64,000 nucleotides of DNA from Candidatus Oxydemutatoraceae bacterium (GTDB lineage: Bacteria; Pseudomonadota; Gammaproteobacteria; Poriferisulfidales; Oxydemutatoraceae), in assembly GCA_965219575.1 (NCBI GenBank), contig OZ244779.1, positions 2,156,769-2,220,768 of the forward strand, read 5' to 3'. Shown piece by piece: positions 55,301 through 62,702 of this stretch. How positions within the stretch are numbered: position 1 is the stretch's first letter; each line of letters begins with the position of its first letter. The position numbers and the translations under genes were made by a program. Under the pieces are notes generated by a model, which was given only the letters and a program-made list of their open reading frames with translations, had not been told where the DNA came from and made no database searches.

Positions 55301-58300
55301 CTTCGTCTATACGAACTTCTATGGTTGCATTATCATCGGTCAACACAGCAGATACCGTTGTCGCATCTATATCGTTAGCAACGGTCACATCGTAGTTAAG
55401 CTGAGCACTTATAAACTCAAACGGAATGTCTCTTAACGACAAACTGCTCAATGTCGCATCTGCCCCCGGTAATGCCTCGCGTCTTACAGTTATCCTATAA
55501 GTTTCCATTGTCTCACCATCTTCGGCAGTCACTAAAATCTCAATTCTATTGCTACCTACTCCTAATGCAACTCTGCCATTTTCCACCAGTGAACCGTTAG
55601 CTGTAATGCTTGTGACACTTGCATTAGAATCACTTAACGTAGTTGTCACCGTTGTCGCATCTATATCGTTATCAACCATCACATTGTAGTTAAAGTCACC
55701 ACTGTCAAAGGTAAACGGAATGTCTCTTAACGATAAACTGCTCAATGTCGCAACAGTACCTACGCGGTCTAAAAATATGTTATAAGTCCTAAACTCTATT
55801 CCATTTGCTGCAATCACTCGGATTGAAATAACTTCAGGAAATGATGTCACTGCCACATCAGTTGACATACCACTTTCTATTTCCCTATTGAAATCATCAA
55901 AATCAACGCCTAATCTGATTGTTGCACCGTCCGCATCTTGCGCTGTTGCGACTATTGTCACCGTTGTTTGGTCTGAATCGCTTGCTATTACACCATTGTA
56001 ATTTGTGACTTCCGGATCAAAGCCTTGTATATCGGTGCCACTGAAACCCTGAAATAAGTTTATAGAGTTCCCGTTGATGTCCGATAGCATCAAGCTACTT
56101 AATGTAGTAATATCACTCAACTCCGGTGCTTCGGCTCGCGCAACGGCTACGGTATACCCTTGTGTCGTGACGCGATCCTCTGCGGTCACTATAATAGCAA
56201 TTGTGGTAGTCGTACCTGCACCCCCTAGCACCACATCGGTCGTCGGGCTGTTATTTACCGTTACAGTCGCACCTATATCGGTTGCCGTTGTCGCTACCGT
56301 CACTTGTGTCACATCGTTTGCCACAGCCGCTGTGTATGTTATGACATCTGAGTCAAATTCCCGGTTCAGGTCTATAGCAACACCGTCGCTTAGCGTCAGT
56401 GCCAATGCGTCCAGTGTTGCAACACTGCTCGGCAGAAATGCACGACTATCCGGGTCTATCTCTGTGTCGGTACCTATAAGGGTGTCACTACGGTTGAAGG
56501 GTGGGTTGAGGTTTGGGGAGCTGTCAACCAATGAGTCAGAGTTTCTGGATCTATACAAAGCAAAACTATCTGTTTCTGTAACTTGTTGATTACTCAATGT
56601 CACGGTATATGTCAGTGTGGTTTTCATGCCATCGCTACCTGGAATCGTAGATGCCTCAATAACTCCAACTCCGCTTATCAAAGTGGCAATGTCATTTTCA
56701 CCATCTTCTTCAATGCGATATAGTTGATACGAGTTCGTGCTGTTCAAAGTAGGTACATTCTCGCTGGCTTCAACTACAAAAACTACATCGTAGATACGCG
56801 GGTCGTCGGATTGAGGTGTCGCCATCGGGGCGGTAGCTATCGTGATTATCGGGTTGTCCATATCTACGCGTGATAAAAATATCTGATAATTATTTATGGT
56901 ACCACCCCGTTCAACTGTAATAATAAGAAGGACATCAGCAGGTCCCTCAGGTGTAAAAAATGTAATTGGCACATCAGTTGGGACACCACTTTGTATTCCT
57001 ATGGGATTAGCAGTGCCAGCTTGTATGCTAATTGTTAAACCGGCAGCATCTTCCACTGTTGCGGTTACTTGCACCGTCGTTTGTTCTAAATTGGTTACTA
57101 TTTGTGCATTATAGAAGTTTGTTGCCGGGTCAAATTGTACTTCTGCGTCAGAAAGATCTAACAAGTCTATAGAGTTCCCCTCAGTATCCGATAGCACCAA
57201 ATCACTTAGTACAATAGGCGGTACCTGTCGGGCAACAGCTACGGTATACGCTTGTGTCGTGTTGCCATCCTCGGCAGTTACTATAATGGCAATTGTAGTG
57301 GTCGTGCCGACAGCCCCCAGCATTACATTAGTCGTGGCACTCCTTGCCGCCGCACTGTTATTTATCATGACAGTCGCACCTATATCGGTTGCCGTTGTCG
57401 CCACCGTCACTTGCGCCATATCGTGTGCTACGATTGCCGTGTATGTTGTGACGGTTGGGTTAAATCTGCGATCAAGGTTTATAGCAGTTCCGTCACTTTG
57501 CGTTAGCTGCAAGCCGCGCAATGTTCTATCGTTGCTCAGTGGCGGTCGGACGGCAGGACTGCTTGAATCTATCTCTGCGTTGGCACCTATGGTATTGCCA
57601 TTATTGTCAACGGGCAGATTGCCGGAGTCATCCAGCAACGAAGTCGCTAGATTTCGGTGCAAACGGAAATTCGTCGTATCTCTCACATCCATGATATCCT
57701 GAAATAGCACGGTGTATGTGAGTGTCGTTTGACGGTTGTCACTCCTCTGCACAATGTCAGGCATGAGATTTGATATGGGCGTTGTGTCTCGGTATAGCAG
57801 ATAGGATCCTGGTTGGTCCAAACCTTCTACATTTTCATTTGCGGCTCGTACATCAAAAGTTACCTCATAGATAAGTGGGTTTTCGGAAGATCGGGCTGCC
57901 GTCGGGGTGCCGAATATTCTGATTATCGGGCTTACTCGATCTCTGGTTGCCGTCCGGTCGGCGGCGGCGGTGATGATTGTCGGCGGATTACCGTCCCTAT
58001 CTAATAAGGTGCCTGGTTCGAAATCCAATCTCCAGCCTGTTATGTTTCGCACATCATCGTATTGGTTTGAGCCAAAAGTGGCTTCGTAGGTGATTGTTGC
58101 ACTCATGTCATCATCGGAGTTGACTCGGAGGTCGAAAGTAACAGGTGAGACACCTGAACCTTGTTGAGTCACACTATAAGATGCATCATTTGCTATAGTC
58201 GGGACAGCTTCGGTAGAGGTAGTCTCAAATGTCACAATATATCGTAATCCCTGATTAGCCGGCATAACGGTTGCCGATTGCACGCCGATTTGCGCGCCCT

Positions 58301-60077
58301 CTGTATTTCTCAGTGCTCGTGCATCAGCACTTATGATGCCACCATCCGCTATTCGATTGCCCATGTCATCAATCGGCTGGTTAATTGCCGCGTCTTGAAG
58401 ACTTGTCGCACCATTACGAGCTACCGTGAAGTACTCTGCATTTGCATTACCACTGACCGGGACATTATAGCGAAGTATTACCTCTCTTCCCGCATCTACT
58501 TCAGTGATGGTCACACTCTCACCATCAGTGTTGCTAGCAACGCCGCCGATTACTCTCCGTAATTGATACGAGTTACCATTACCCAAAGTCGGCACATTCT
58601 CAGAGGCAGTTATCCTAAAGTAAATGACATAATTTGTACCGTCAGGAACAAGATTGCCCGACATCGCGTTGCCCCCACTATCCACCCATTGTGCCGTAAT
58701 CGTCGGGCTCTGTGCGTCTTGTATCGGCACTCCGCCTCTCAGTGCAACTTGATCTTCTTCCACCGGTCTTTGATCTTCGCCGCGCACGCCGTTAAGCCTA
58801 AACGACATGGTCAGTGTCGTGTTCTCCATGACTCTTTCTGCAACAACAACCGTAACCGTAGTTGGCTCGGTGTCTGCATGGTCTACCGATAGAATTTGGG
58901 CAGTGTTTGCTTCAAAATCACTTAACTCATTCCCCGTCAGACAAGTTGCATAAGCATCTTCATTACTCAAGCAGATATTGCCCTCTATGGTAGTGGGATC
59001 GAGAGGTTTATCAAATGTTATAGTCCATCGCGATTCACGACTGGAATTATCACGAGAATCCCGTACTATTCGGGTTGCTTGCGGAGCATCTGCATCATAA
59101 TATAGCGTTGCAATGAAATTGCCTGCGGCTAGTGCCATGCTGTTGCTCATAATAGATGCGGCAGAATCCGAGAATCTCAATTCAGAACCGAAAGGAGGCA
59201 CTATATCAAACTCAATAACAGCGTTCTGCTCACCGGCATTGTGAGAGACACTCGTGATTGTGACAGTATCGGTACTAATCGCAAAATCGCCGGCCTGTAA
59301 TGCCGTATTTACCGCCTGAGAAAATTGGATGTTTATCCCTCTGCCGTTGCTGAACAATGCATACCTTTGAGCGTAGGTTCTGCCATCCGATCTAAAGCCG
59401 AGTAGGTCATTGCCGGCTAGCGGGAATATGTTGCGCCTATCGGATATTGTAGTGCTCATTTCATTTGTATCGTTATAGACATATACCATATTTGATAAGA
59501 TATCGGTGCCACTGATTGCAATACCGGCATCCTCATCGGTTTCCTGAATAGCACAGCTTAACCTAACAAAAATTGCATTATTAAGCCCATCAATAGACAC
59601 TAGTCGGTTCGCCGCTATAGTCGTGGTTGTGATATGTGCGGTGATAGTGAAGCTGTTGTCGGTTGTATCTCTCAGTCTATATTTATAATCCATAAGTCCG
59701 TTGAATGGAGAAGCCTCCGGAGTAGAATCTTGATGACATCGACCGCTTTCTATAACTTTTTCTCCGAATGCATCGGTATTGTATGTCAATCTAGCCGACG
59801 CAAATGCCAATCTGGTTGCAACTTTATTTGTGTTGCCTCCGATTATATTCATTTGAATGTTATAAGTGGCAGTGTTGTTAACGCCCTCGCTTTCTAGTGC
59901 CACCATACCAAGCCTATATTCCAATATGCCATCCTCGCTCGGTCGGCAACTTTCACATTGCCCGGCTATCAAATTACCAACCGAAGGCATGCCGAAAAAT
60001 CGGCTTTGGACGAAGGAGGTTTGAGCAAAGGCACTCCCGACCAATAGCAGTAGTAGTATCGTGAAAATATTTCTCAT
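46305..60077 (-). CDS. Giant secreted acidic adhesin-like protein (~4590 aa) with cadherin-like beta-sandwich repeats and C-terminal KVFLEGPLQ peptide
   Basis: Uninterrupted ORF. Sec signal MRNIFTILLLLLVGSAFA|Q with AGGGA RBS. Repeats fit the cadherin-like pattern ATLxxL...F...Y.V.V...VTAEDG...TY.I.V.R. Ends RGSAGIRLRIKVFLEGPLQ. Confidence 0.9.
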   Translation of the reverse strand: MRNIFTILLLLLVGSAFAQTSFVQSRFFGMPSVGNLIAGQCESCRPSEDGILEYRLGMVALESEGVNNTATYNIQMNIIGGNTNKVATRLAFASARLTYNTDAFGEKVIESGRCHQDSTPEASPFNGLMDYKYRLRDTTDNSFTITAHITTTTIAANRLVSIDGLNNAIFVRLSCAIQETDEDAGIAISGTDILSNMVYVYNDTNEMSTTISDRRNIFPLAGNDLLGFRSDGRTYAQRYALFSNGRGINIQFSQAVNTALQAGDFAISTDTVTITSVSHNAGEQNAVIEFDIVPPFGSELRFSDSAASIMSNSMALAAGNFIATLYYDADAPQATRIVRDSRDNSSRESRWTITFDKPLDPTTIEGNICLSNEDAYATCLTGNELSDFEANTAQILSVDHADTEPTTVTVVVAERVMENTTLTMSFRLNGVRGEDQRPVEEDQVALRGGVPIQDAQSPTITAQWVDSGGNAMSGNLVPDGTNYVIYFRITASENVPTLGNGNSYQLRRVIGGVASNTDGESVTITEVDAGREVILRYNVPVSGNANAEYFTVARNGATSLQDAAINQPIDDMGNRIADGGIISADARALRNTEGAQIGVQSATVMPANQGLRYIVTFETTSTEAVPTIANDASYSVTQQGSGVSPVTFDLRVNSDDDMSATITYEATFGSNQYDDVRNITGWRLDFEPGTLLDRDGNPPTIITAAADRTATRDRVSPIIRIFGTPTAARSSENPLIYEVTFDVRAANENVEGLDQPGSYLLYRDTTPISNLMPDIVQRSDNRQTTLTYTVLFQDIMDVRDTTNFRLHRNLATSLLDDSGNLPVDNNGNTIGANAEIDSSSPAVRPPLSNDRTLRGLQLTQSDGTAINLDRRFNPTVTTYTAIVAHDMAQVTVATTATDIGATVMINNSAAARSATTNVMLGAVGTTTTIAIIVTAEDGNTTQAYTVAVARQVPPIVLSDLVLSDTEGNSIDLLDLSDAEVQFDPATNFYNAQIVTNLEQTTVQVTATVEDAAGLTISIQAGTANPIGIQSGVPTDVPITFFTPEGPADVLLIITVERGGTINNYQIFLSRVDMDNPIITIATAPMATPQSDDPRIYDVVFVVEASENVPTLNSTNSYQLYRIEEDGENDIATLISGVGVIEASTIPGSDGMKTTLTYTVTLSNQQVTETDSFALYRSRNSDSLVDSSPNLNPPFNRSDTLIGTDTEIDPDSRAFLPSSVATLDALALTLSDGVAIDLNREFDSDVITYTAAVANDVTQVTVATTATDIGATVTVNNSPTTDVVLGGAGTTTTIAIIVTAEDRVTTQGYTVAVARAEAPELSDITTLSSLMLSDINGNSINLFQGFSGTDIQGFDPEVTNYNGVIASDSDQTTVTIVATAQDADGATIRLGVDFDDFNREIESGMSTDVAVTSFPEVISIRVIAANGIEFRTYNIFLDRVGTVATLSSLSLRDIPFTFDSGDFNYNVMVDNDIDATTVTTTLSDSNASVTSITANGSLVENGRVALGVGSNRIEILVTAEDGETMETYRITVRREALPGADATLSSLSLRDIPFEFISAQLNYDVTVANDIDATTVSAVLTDDNATIEVRIDEGDLVDSLDADIGLPVGDTEIAVKVIAANNIASQTYVIAITREANDVATLDSLSLRDIPLAFDSSDFNYDVTVANDIDATTVSAVLTDSDATIEVRVDEGDLVENLDADIGLPVGDTEIAVKVIAEDGIASQTYVIAITREASDVATLNSLSLRDIPLAFDSGDFNYDVTVANDIDATTVSAVLTDSDATIEVRVDEGDLVENLDADIGLPVGDTEIAVKVIAEDGIASQTYNIAITREANDVATLSSLSLRDIPLAFDSGDFNYDVTVANDIDATTVSAVLTDSDATIEVRVDEGDLVENLDADIGLPVGDTEIAVKVIAEDGIASQTYVIAITREASDVATLNSLSLRDIPLAFDSGDFNYDVTVANDIDATTVSAVLTDSDATIEVRVDEGDLVENLDADIELPVGDTEIAVKVIAEDGIASQTYVIAITREASDVATLNSLSLRDIPLAFDSGDFNYDVTVANDIDATTVSAVLTDSDATIEVRVDEGDLVENLDADIELPVGDTEIAVKVIAEDGIASQTYVIAITREGNDVATLSSLSLRDIPLAFDSNDFDYNVMVDNDIDATTVTTMLSDPNASVTSITANGSPVENGRVALGVGSNRIEILVTAEDGETMETYRITVRREALPGADATLSSLSLRDIPFEFISAQLNYDVTVANDIDATTVSAVLTDDNATIEVRVDEGDLVDSLDADIGLPVGDTEIAVKVIAANNIASQTYVIAITREANDVATLDSLSLRDIPLAFDSGDFNYDVTVANDIDATTVSAVLTDDNATIEVRVDEGDLVENLDADIGLPVGDTEIAVKVIAEDGIASQTYNIAITREANDVATLSSLSLRDIPLAFDSGDFNYDVTVANDIDATTVSAVLTDSDATIEVRVDEGDLVENLDADIGLPVGDTEIAVKVIAEDGIASQTYVIAITREASDVATLNSLSLRDIPLAFDSGDFNYDVTVANDIDATTVSAVLTDSDATIEVRVDEGDLVENLDADIGLPVGDTEIAVKVIAEDGIASQTYVIAITREASDVATLNSLSLRDIPLAFDSGDFNYDVTVANDIDATTVSAVLTDSDATIEVRVDEGDLVENLDADIELPVGDTEIAVKVIAEDGIASQTYVIAITREASDVATLSSLSLRDIPLAFDSGDFNYDVTVANDIDATTVSAVLTDSDATIEVRVDEGDLVENLDADIELPVGDTEIAVKVIAENGIASQTYVIAITREGNDVATLSSLSLRDIPLAFDSNDFDYNVMVDNDIDATTVTTMLSDPNASVTSITANGSPVENGRVALGVGSNRIEILVTAEDGETMETYRITVRREALPGADATLSSLSLRDIPFEFISAQLNYDVTVANDIDATTVSAVLTDDNATIEVRVDEGDLVDSLDADIGLPVGDTEIAVKVIAANNIASQTYVIAITREASDVATLDSLSLRDIPLAFDSGDFNYDVTVANDIDATTVSAVLTDSDATIEVRVDEGDLVENLDADIGLPVGDTEIAVKVIAEDGIASQTYNIAITREANDVATLSSLSLRDIPLAFDSGDFNYDVTVANDIDATTVSAVLTDSDATIEVRVDEGDLVENLDADIGLPVGDTEIAVKVIAEDGIASQTYVIAITREASDVATLNSLSLRDIPLAFDSGDFNYDVTVANDIDATTVSAVLTDSDATIEVRVDEGDLVENLDADIELPVGDTEIAVKVTAEDGIASQTYVIAITREASDVATLNSLSLRDIPLAFDSGDFNYDVTVANDIDATTVSAVLTDSDATIEVRVDEGDLVENLDADIELPVGDTEIAVKVIAENGIASQTYVIAITREASDVATLSSLSLRDIPLAFDSGDFNYDVTVANDIDATTVSAVLTDSDATIEVRVDEGDLVENLDADIELPVGDTEIAVKVIAEDGIASQTYVIAITREGNDVATLSSLSLRDIPLAFDSNDFDYNVMVDNDIDATTVTTMLSDPNASVTSITANGSPVENGRVALGVGSNRIEILVTAEDGETMETYRITVRREALPGADATLSSLSLRDIPFEFISAQLNYDVTVANDIDATTVSAVLTDDNATIEVRVDEGDLVENLDADIGLPVGDTEIAVKVIAEDGIASQTYVIAITREASDVATLSSLSLRDIPLAFDSGDFNYDVTVANDIDATTVSAVLTDDEATIEVRVDEGDLVENLDADIELPVGDTEIAVKVIAANGIASQTYVIAITREASDVATLNSLSLRDIPLAFDSGDFNYDVTVANDIDATTVSAVLTDSDATIEVRVDEGDLVENLDADIGLPVGDTEIAVKVIAEDGIASQTYVIAITREANDVATLNSLSLRDIPLAFDSGDFNYDVTVANDIDATTVSAVLTDSDATIEVRVDEGDLVENLDADIELPVGDTEIAVKVIAEDGIASQTYVIAITREASDVATLSSLSLRDIPLAFDSGDFNYDVTVANDIDATTVSAVLTDSDATIEVRVDEGDLVENLDADIELPVGDTEIAVKVIAEDGIASQTYVIAITREGNDVATLSSLSLRDIPLAFDSNDFDYNVMVDNDIDATTVTTMLSDPNASVTSITANASPVENGRVALGVGSNRIEILVTAEDGETMETYRITVRREALPGADATLSSLSLRDIPFEFISAQLNYDVTVANDIDATTVSAVLTDDNATIEVRIDEGDLVDSLDADIGLPVGDTEIAVKVIAANNIASQTYVIAITREANDVATLDSLSLRDIPLAFDSSDFNYDVTVANDIDATTVSAVLTDSDATIEVRVDEGDLVENLDADIGLPVGDTEIAVKVIAEDGIASQTYVIAITREASDVATLNSLSLRDIPLAFDSGDFNYDVTVANDIDATTVSAVLTDSDATIEVRVDEGDLVENLDDDIGLRVGDTEIAVKVIAENGIASQTYVIAITREGNNIATLSSLSLRDIPFAFDSGTFNYNVMVDNDIDATTVSAVLSDSNATIEVRVDEGEANLDDDIPLAEGETTTITIVVTAENGDDSETYTIAVERGSAGIRLRIKVFLEGPLQ
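46360..55754 (-). repeat. Tandem array of 32 x 294-bp (98-aa) coding repeats with higher-order blocks of 7,7,7,6,5 units
   Basis: The SLRDIP motif recurs every 294 bp from ~55720 to ~46606. Divergent B units (NASVTSITANG) start at ~55720, 53662, 51604, 49546 and 47782. Confidence 0.93.
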
Positions 60078-60106
60078 TGAATTTCCCTGTTTTGTAATCA
60101 TTGTTC

Positions 60107-60916
60107 CTAAGGTATTTGCGTTGTTCGGCCCAAGTTTTCACTCAGTCGAGACGATTCAAAGTCACCATCTCCTACTGTGCCGTCAAAATTAATATCCGAG
60201 CGCAACGACGGCGGACTGCCCGAAGATATATCATTATGTATCTGTAGATAATCGGCAGCATTGATATTCTCGTCACGATTCACATCACCCACATACATCG
60301 CTGCCTCTTCGTCCACGCCCTTCAAACCAAGAGACCCCCCTCTGGCTTGCGTTACTCCAGTGGTGAAATCGTATGTATATCGTGTCGCACCATTAGTGAT
60401 TGTTCTTGTCATGCTTGTATTAGAAATAACGTCCAGATGATTTATATGACGCACGACCACATATAAATCTTTACCCGACACTTCGGTATCATCGGCAAAA
60501 TTGAACTGTACGAGAGGGCAATTATCATTATCGTTTTCATTAAATTGTTGGGGGCATGTTCCCGTGTATCGGCTAGCGTCTACAACATAACCGTTTTGTA
60601 ATAGCCAAGCAGGCTGGCGGTCGATTACCGTATCCGTTGTTGCGGCTTCTACGCCGGCACCTTCTGGTACGGCACGCAACTCAATCAATACCCAATCGGA
60701 AACGCCGGCGGGTATAGTGCTATTGCTAACGGTGCAGTCTTCATCGATACCGAATGCTTCATCAAGATAGCCACCATCGCTACAGTAAGGATCGGTGGAC
60801 TGAATATTAGTACTATTATTTTTTAACGGCGGGGTTTGTGCAATACTAGTACCGATTACCGATATTGACAGTAATAATACAAGCAAAATATTTATTAAGG
60901 CTTCTTTAAGTTCCAT
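60107..60916 (-). CDS. Secreted protein with DWVLIELR/RHINHL beta-sandwich and dockerin-like Ca-binding loops (putative partner of the giant protein)
   Basis: Signal peptide MELKEALINILLVLLLSISVIGTSIA|Q with AAGGGA RBS. Paired loops GDVNRDENINAAD and SDINFDGTVGDGD. Ends 29 bp before the giant gene start. Confidence 0.85.
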   Translation of the reverse strand: MELKEALINILLVLLLSISVIGTSIAQTPPLKNNSTNIQSTDPYCSDGGYLDEAFGIDEDCTVSNSTIPAGVSDWVLIELRAVPEGAGVEAATTDTVIDRQPAWLLQNGYVVDASRYTGTCPQQFNENDNDNCPLVQFNFADDTEVSGKDLYVVVRHINHLDVISNTSMTRTITNGATRYTYDFTTGVTQARGGSLGLKGVDEEAAMYVGDVNRDENINAADYLQIHNDISSGSPPSLRSDINFDGTVGDGDFESSRLSENLGRTTQIP

Positions 60917-61206
60917 ATTTTGTTTCCCTTTATATTTATCATATACCAAAGGTAAATAACTTATAGCATAATTCCTTGGTTTATTCTTTGGTTTCATTTA
61001 TTATTTCATAGTTTTTTCATTATAAACTTAAGATGTTTGTTTCCGAACCACATGAATTATATGCGATTCTCCATATCCAGTCAATACACCGGACAAACCT
61101 ATAATATCATTATATCCGTCCTATATCTCATTGGATAGCTTGATTTCGAAAGCACAAACTCAATCTATGCCTAGTCTTTACATCGCACAACTCTCCCAAG
61201 TCTAAT

Positions 61207-61824
61207 TTATAAAGACTTCTTGATGAGTTCCATAAACTCGGTTCGGGTACGCTGATCTTCTCTAAAAGAACCGAGCATTGCACTGGTCACCGTCTTACTG
61301 TTTTGCTTTTGCACGCCGCGCATCACCATGCAATAGTGAACCGCTTCCACCACGACACCGACACCGGTGGCATTTAGATATTTCATCAAGCTAGCGGCGA
61401 TTTGATTCGTCATGCGCTCCTGCACTTGCAACCGACGCGCAAAAATATCAACGACCCTTGCCATCTTGCTGAGACCAATCACTTGACCGTTGGGCAGATA
61501 ACCGATATGCGCTTTACCGGTGATCGGCAATAAGTGATGTTCGCATAAAGAGTAAAACTCGATGTCTTTGACGATTACCATCTCGCTACACTCCACTTGA
61601 AATAATGCGCTATCTATCGTTGATCGTATATCTTCGTCATAGCCGCCGACTAAAAATCTTAATGAGTCGGCAACACGCTGCGGGGTTTTGACTAAGCCCT
61701 CGCGTTCAACATCCTCACCCAGTTCGGATAATAACTTTCCGATCAATCCGGTGATACGATCGTTGCCACCCTTCAATTTTTCGTTAGATATAGGGTGAAG
61801 ATGTTTTTTAGGCTCATTTTTCAT
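61207..61824 (-). CDS. folE: GTP cyclohydrolase I
   Basis: [45 protein letters not shown]. Confidence 0.97.
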   Translation of the reverse strand: MKNEPKKHLHPISNEKLKGGNDRITGLIGKLLSELGEDVEREGLVKTPQRVADSLRFLVGGYDEDIRSTIDSALFQVECSEMVIVKDIEFYSLCEHHLLPITGKAHIGYLPNGQVIGLSKMARVVDIFARRLQVQERMTNQIAASLMKYLNATGVGVVVEAVHYCMVMRGVQKQNSKTVTSAMLGSFREDQRTRTEFMELIKKSL

Positions 61825-61884
61825 AATTGCTTTCCTGATAATTAATATGTACTCAAATGCGCAGACAAGTTCTTCGATACTTAC

Positions 61885-62634
61885 TTACTCGGACTCCGAA
61901 AGAAGTTCTCTATAGAGTGTATCGGAGTCTCCTTCTCCTTCGTTATTTTCAATCAAATTCTGCCGGCGTTTCAGATAAAAATCTCTGAGCGCAACATAGT
62001 AGTCGGGAGACATGCCTCTGACAATATCTTCCAGAGGTATAAAGCCGGCACGGGTATTGATGCCCTCGGTTATCAGCAAGCCATCACGCCAGTCATCGTC
62101 TCCTACATAAACCAACGGGTTCATAAAAATATCCACGAAACGAGACGGAAGATCGCGAGCGGTACTAGGACCCAAAATCGGAATCACTACATAAGGCCCG
62201 GATCCTACGCCCCATACAGCCAACGTTTGCCCGAAATCCTCGTTGTGCTTTTCAAGCCCGTCTACCTTAGACGCAACATCGAATAAACCGGCGAGTCCAA
62301 CCGTGGAATTTATTAGTACTCGTAACAAATCACCACCGCCCGCACCGACATTGCCTTGCAAAAAATTATTTGCGGCAATCGGAATGTCCTGAATGTTTGC
62401 AAAAAAACTGGTTATGCGGGCACGCACAAAAGAGGGGAGCACTTTAGTATAAGCGGTACTAACAGGCTTAAACACAGCCTTGTCCACGCTTTCGTTGAAC
62501 GCAAAAACCGAACGGTTATAACCTTCCCATGGGTCGGCGGTCTCCGATGCGTCACTAAGACTATTCGATTGTGCCGCACAACCGCTCAACAGAACGACAA
62601 GGCATAAATACAGAAAGTGTTTTGTTTTACTCAT
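61885..62634 (-). CDS. mlaA: MlaA/VacJ lipoprotein
   Basis: Lipobox LLSGC, DPWEGYNR, INSTVGLAG, EDFGQTL, GPYVVIPILGPST. Confidence 0.93.
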   Translation of the reverse strand: MSKTKHFLYLCLVVLLSGCAAQSNSLSDASETADPWEGYNRSVFAFNESVDKAVFKPVSTAYTKVLPSFVRARITSFFANIQDIPIAANNFLQGNVGAGGGDLLRVLINSTVGLAGLFDVASKVDGLEKHNEDFGQTLAVWGVGSGPYVVIPILGPSTARDLPSRFVDIFMNPLVYVGDDDWRDGLLITEGINTRAGFIPLEDIVRGMSPDYYVALRDFYLKRRQNLIENNEGEGDSDTLYRELLSESE

Positions 62635-62702
62635 TACGGTATCGCTAGAAGGGTTATATATTAAATGCTATGTTGCTAATGTCAAGCTATAGTTTTACAT
62701 GT

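Noticed and set aside
46582-55395. Many near-identical 67-95-aa plus-strand ORFs (MSLNDKL...)
   Set aside because: Antisense shadows of the 294-bp coding repeats.
46360-55754. Possible CRISPR array or diversity-generating retroelement
   Set aside because: Units are in-frame coding repeats without unique spacers. No cas or reverse transcriptase gene is in the window.
46305-60916. Giant gene and small gene as one gene broken by mutation
   Set aside because: The domain remainder lies upstream of the tag, not downstream, and has its own RBS and signal peptide.
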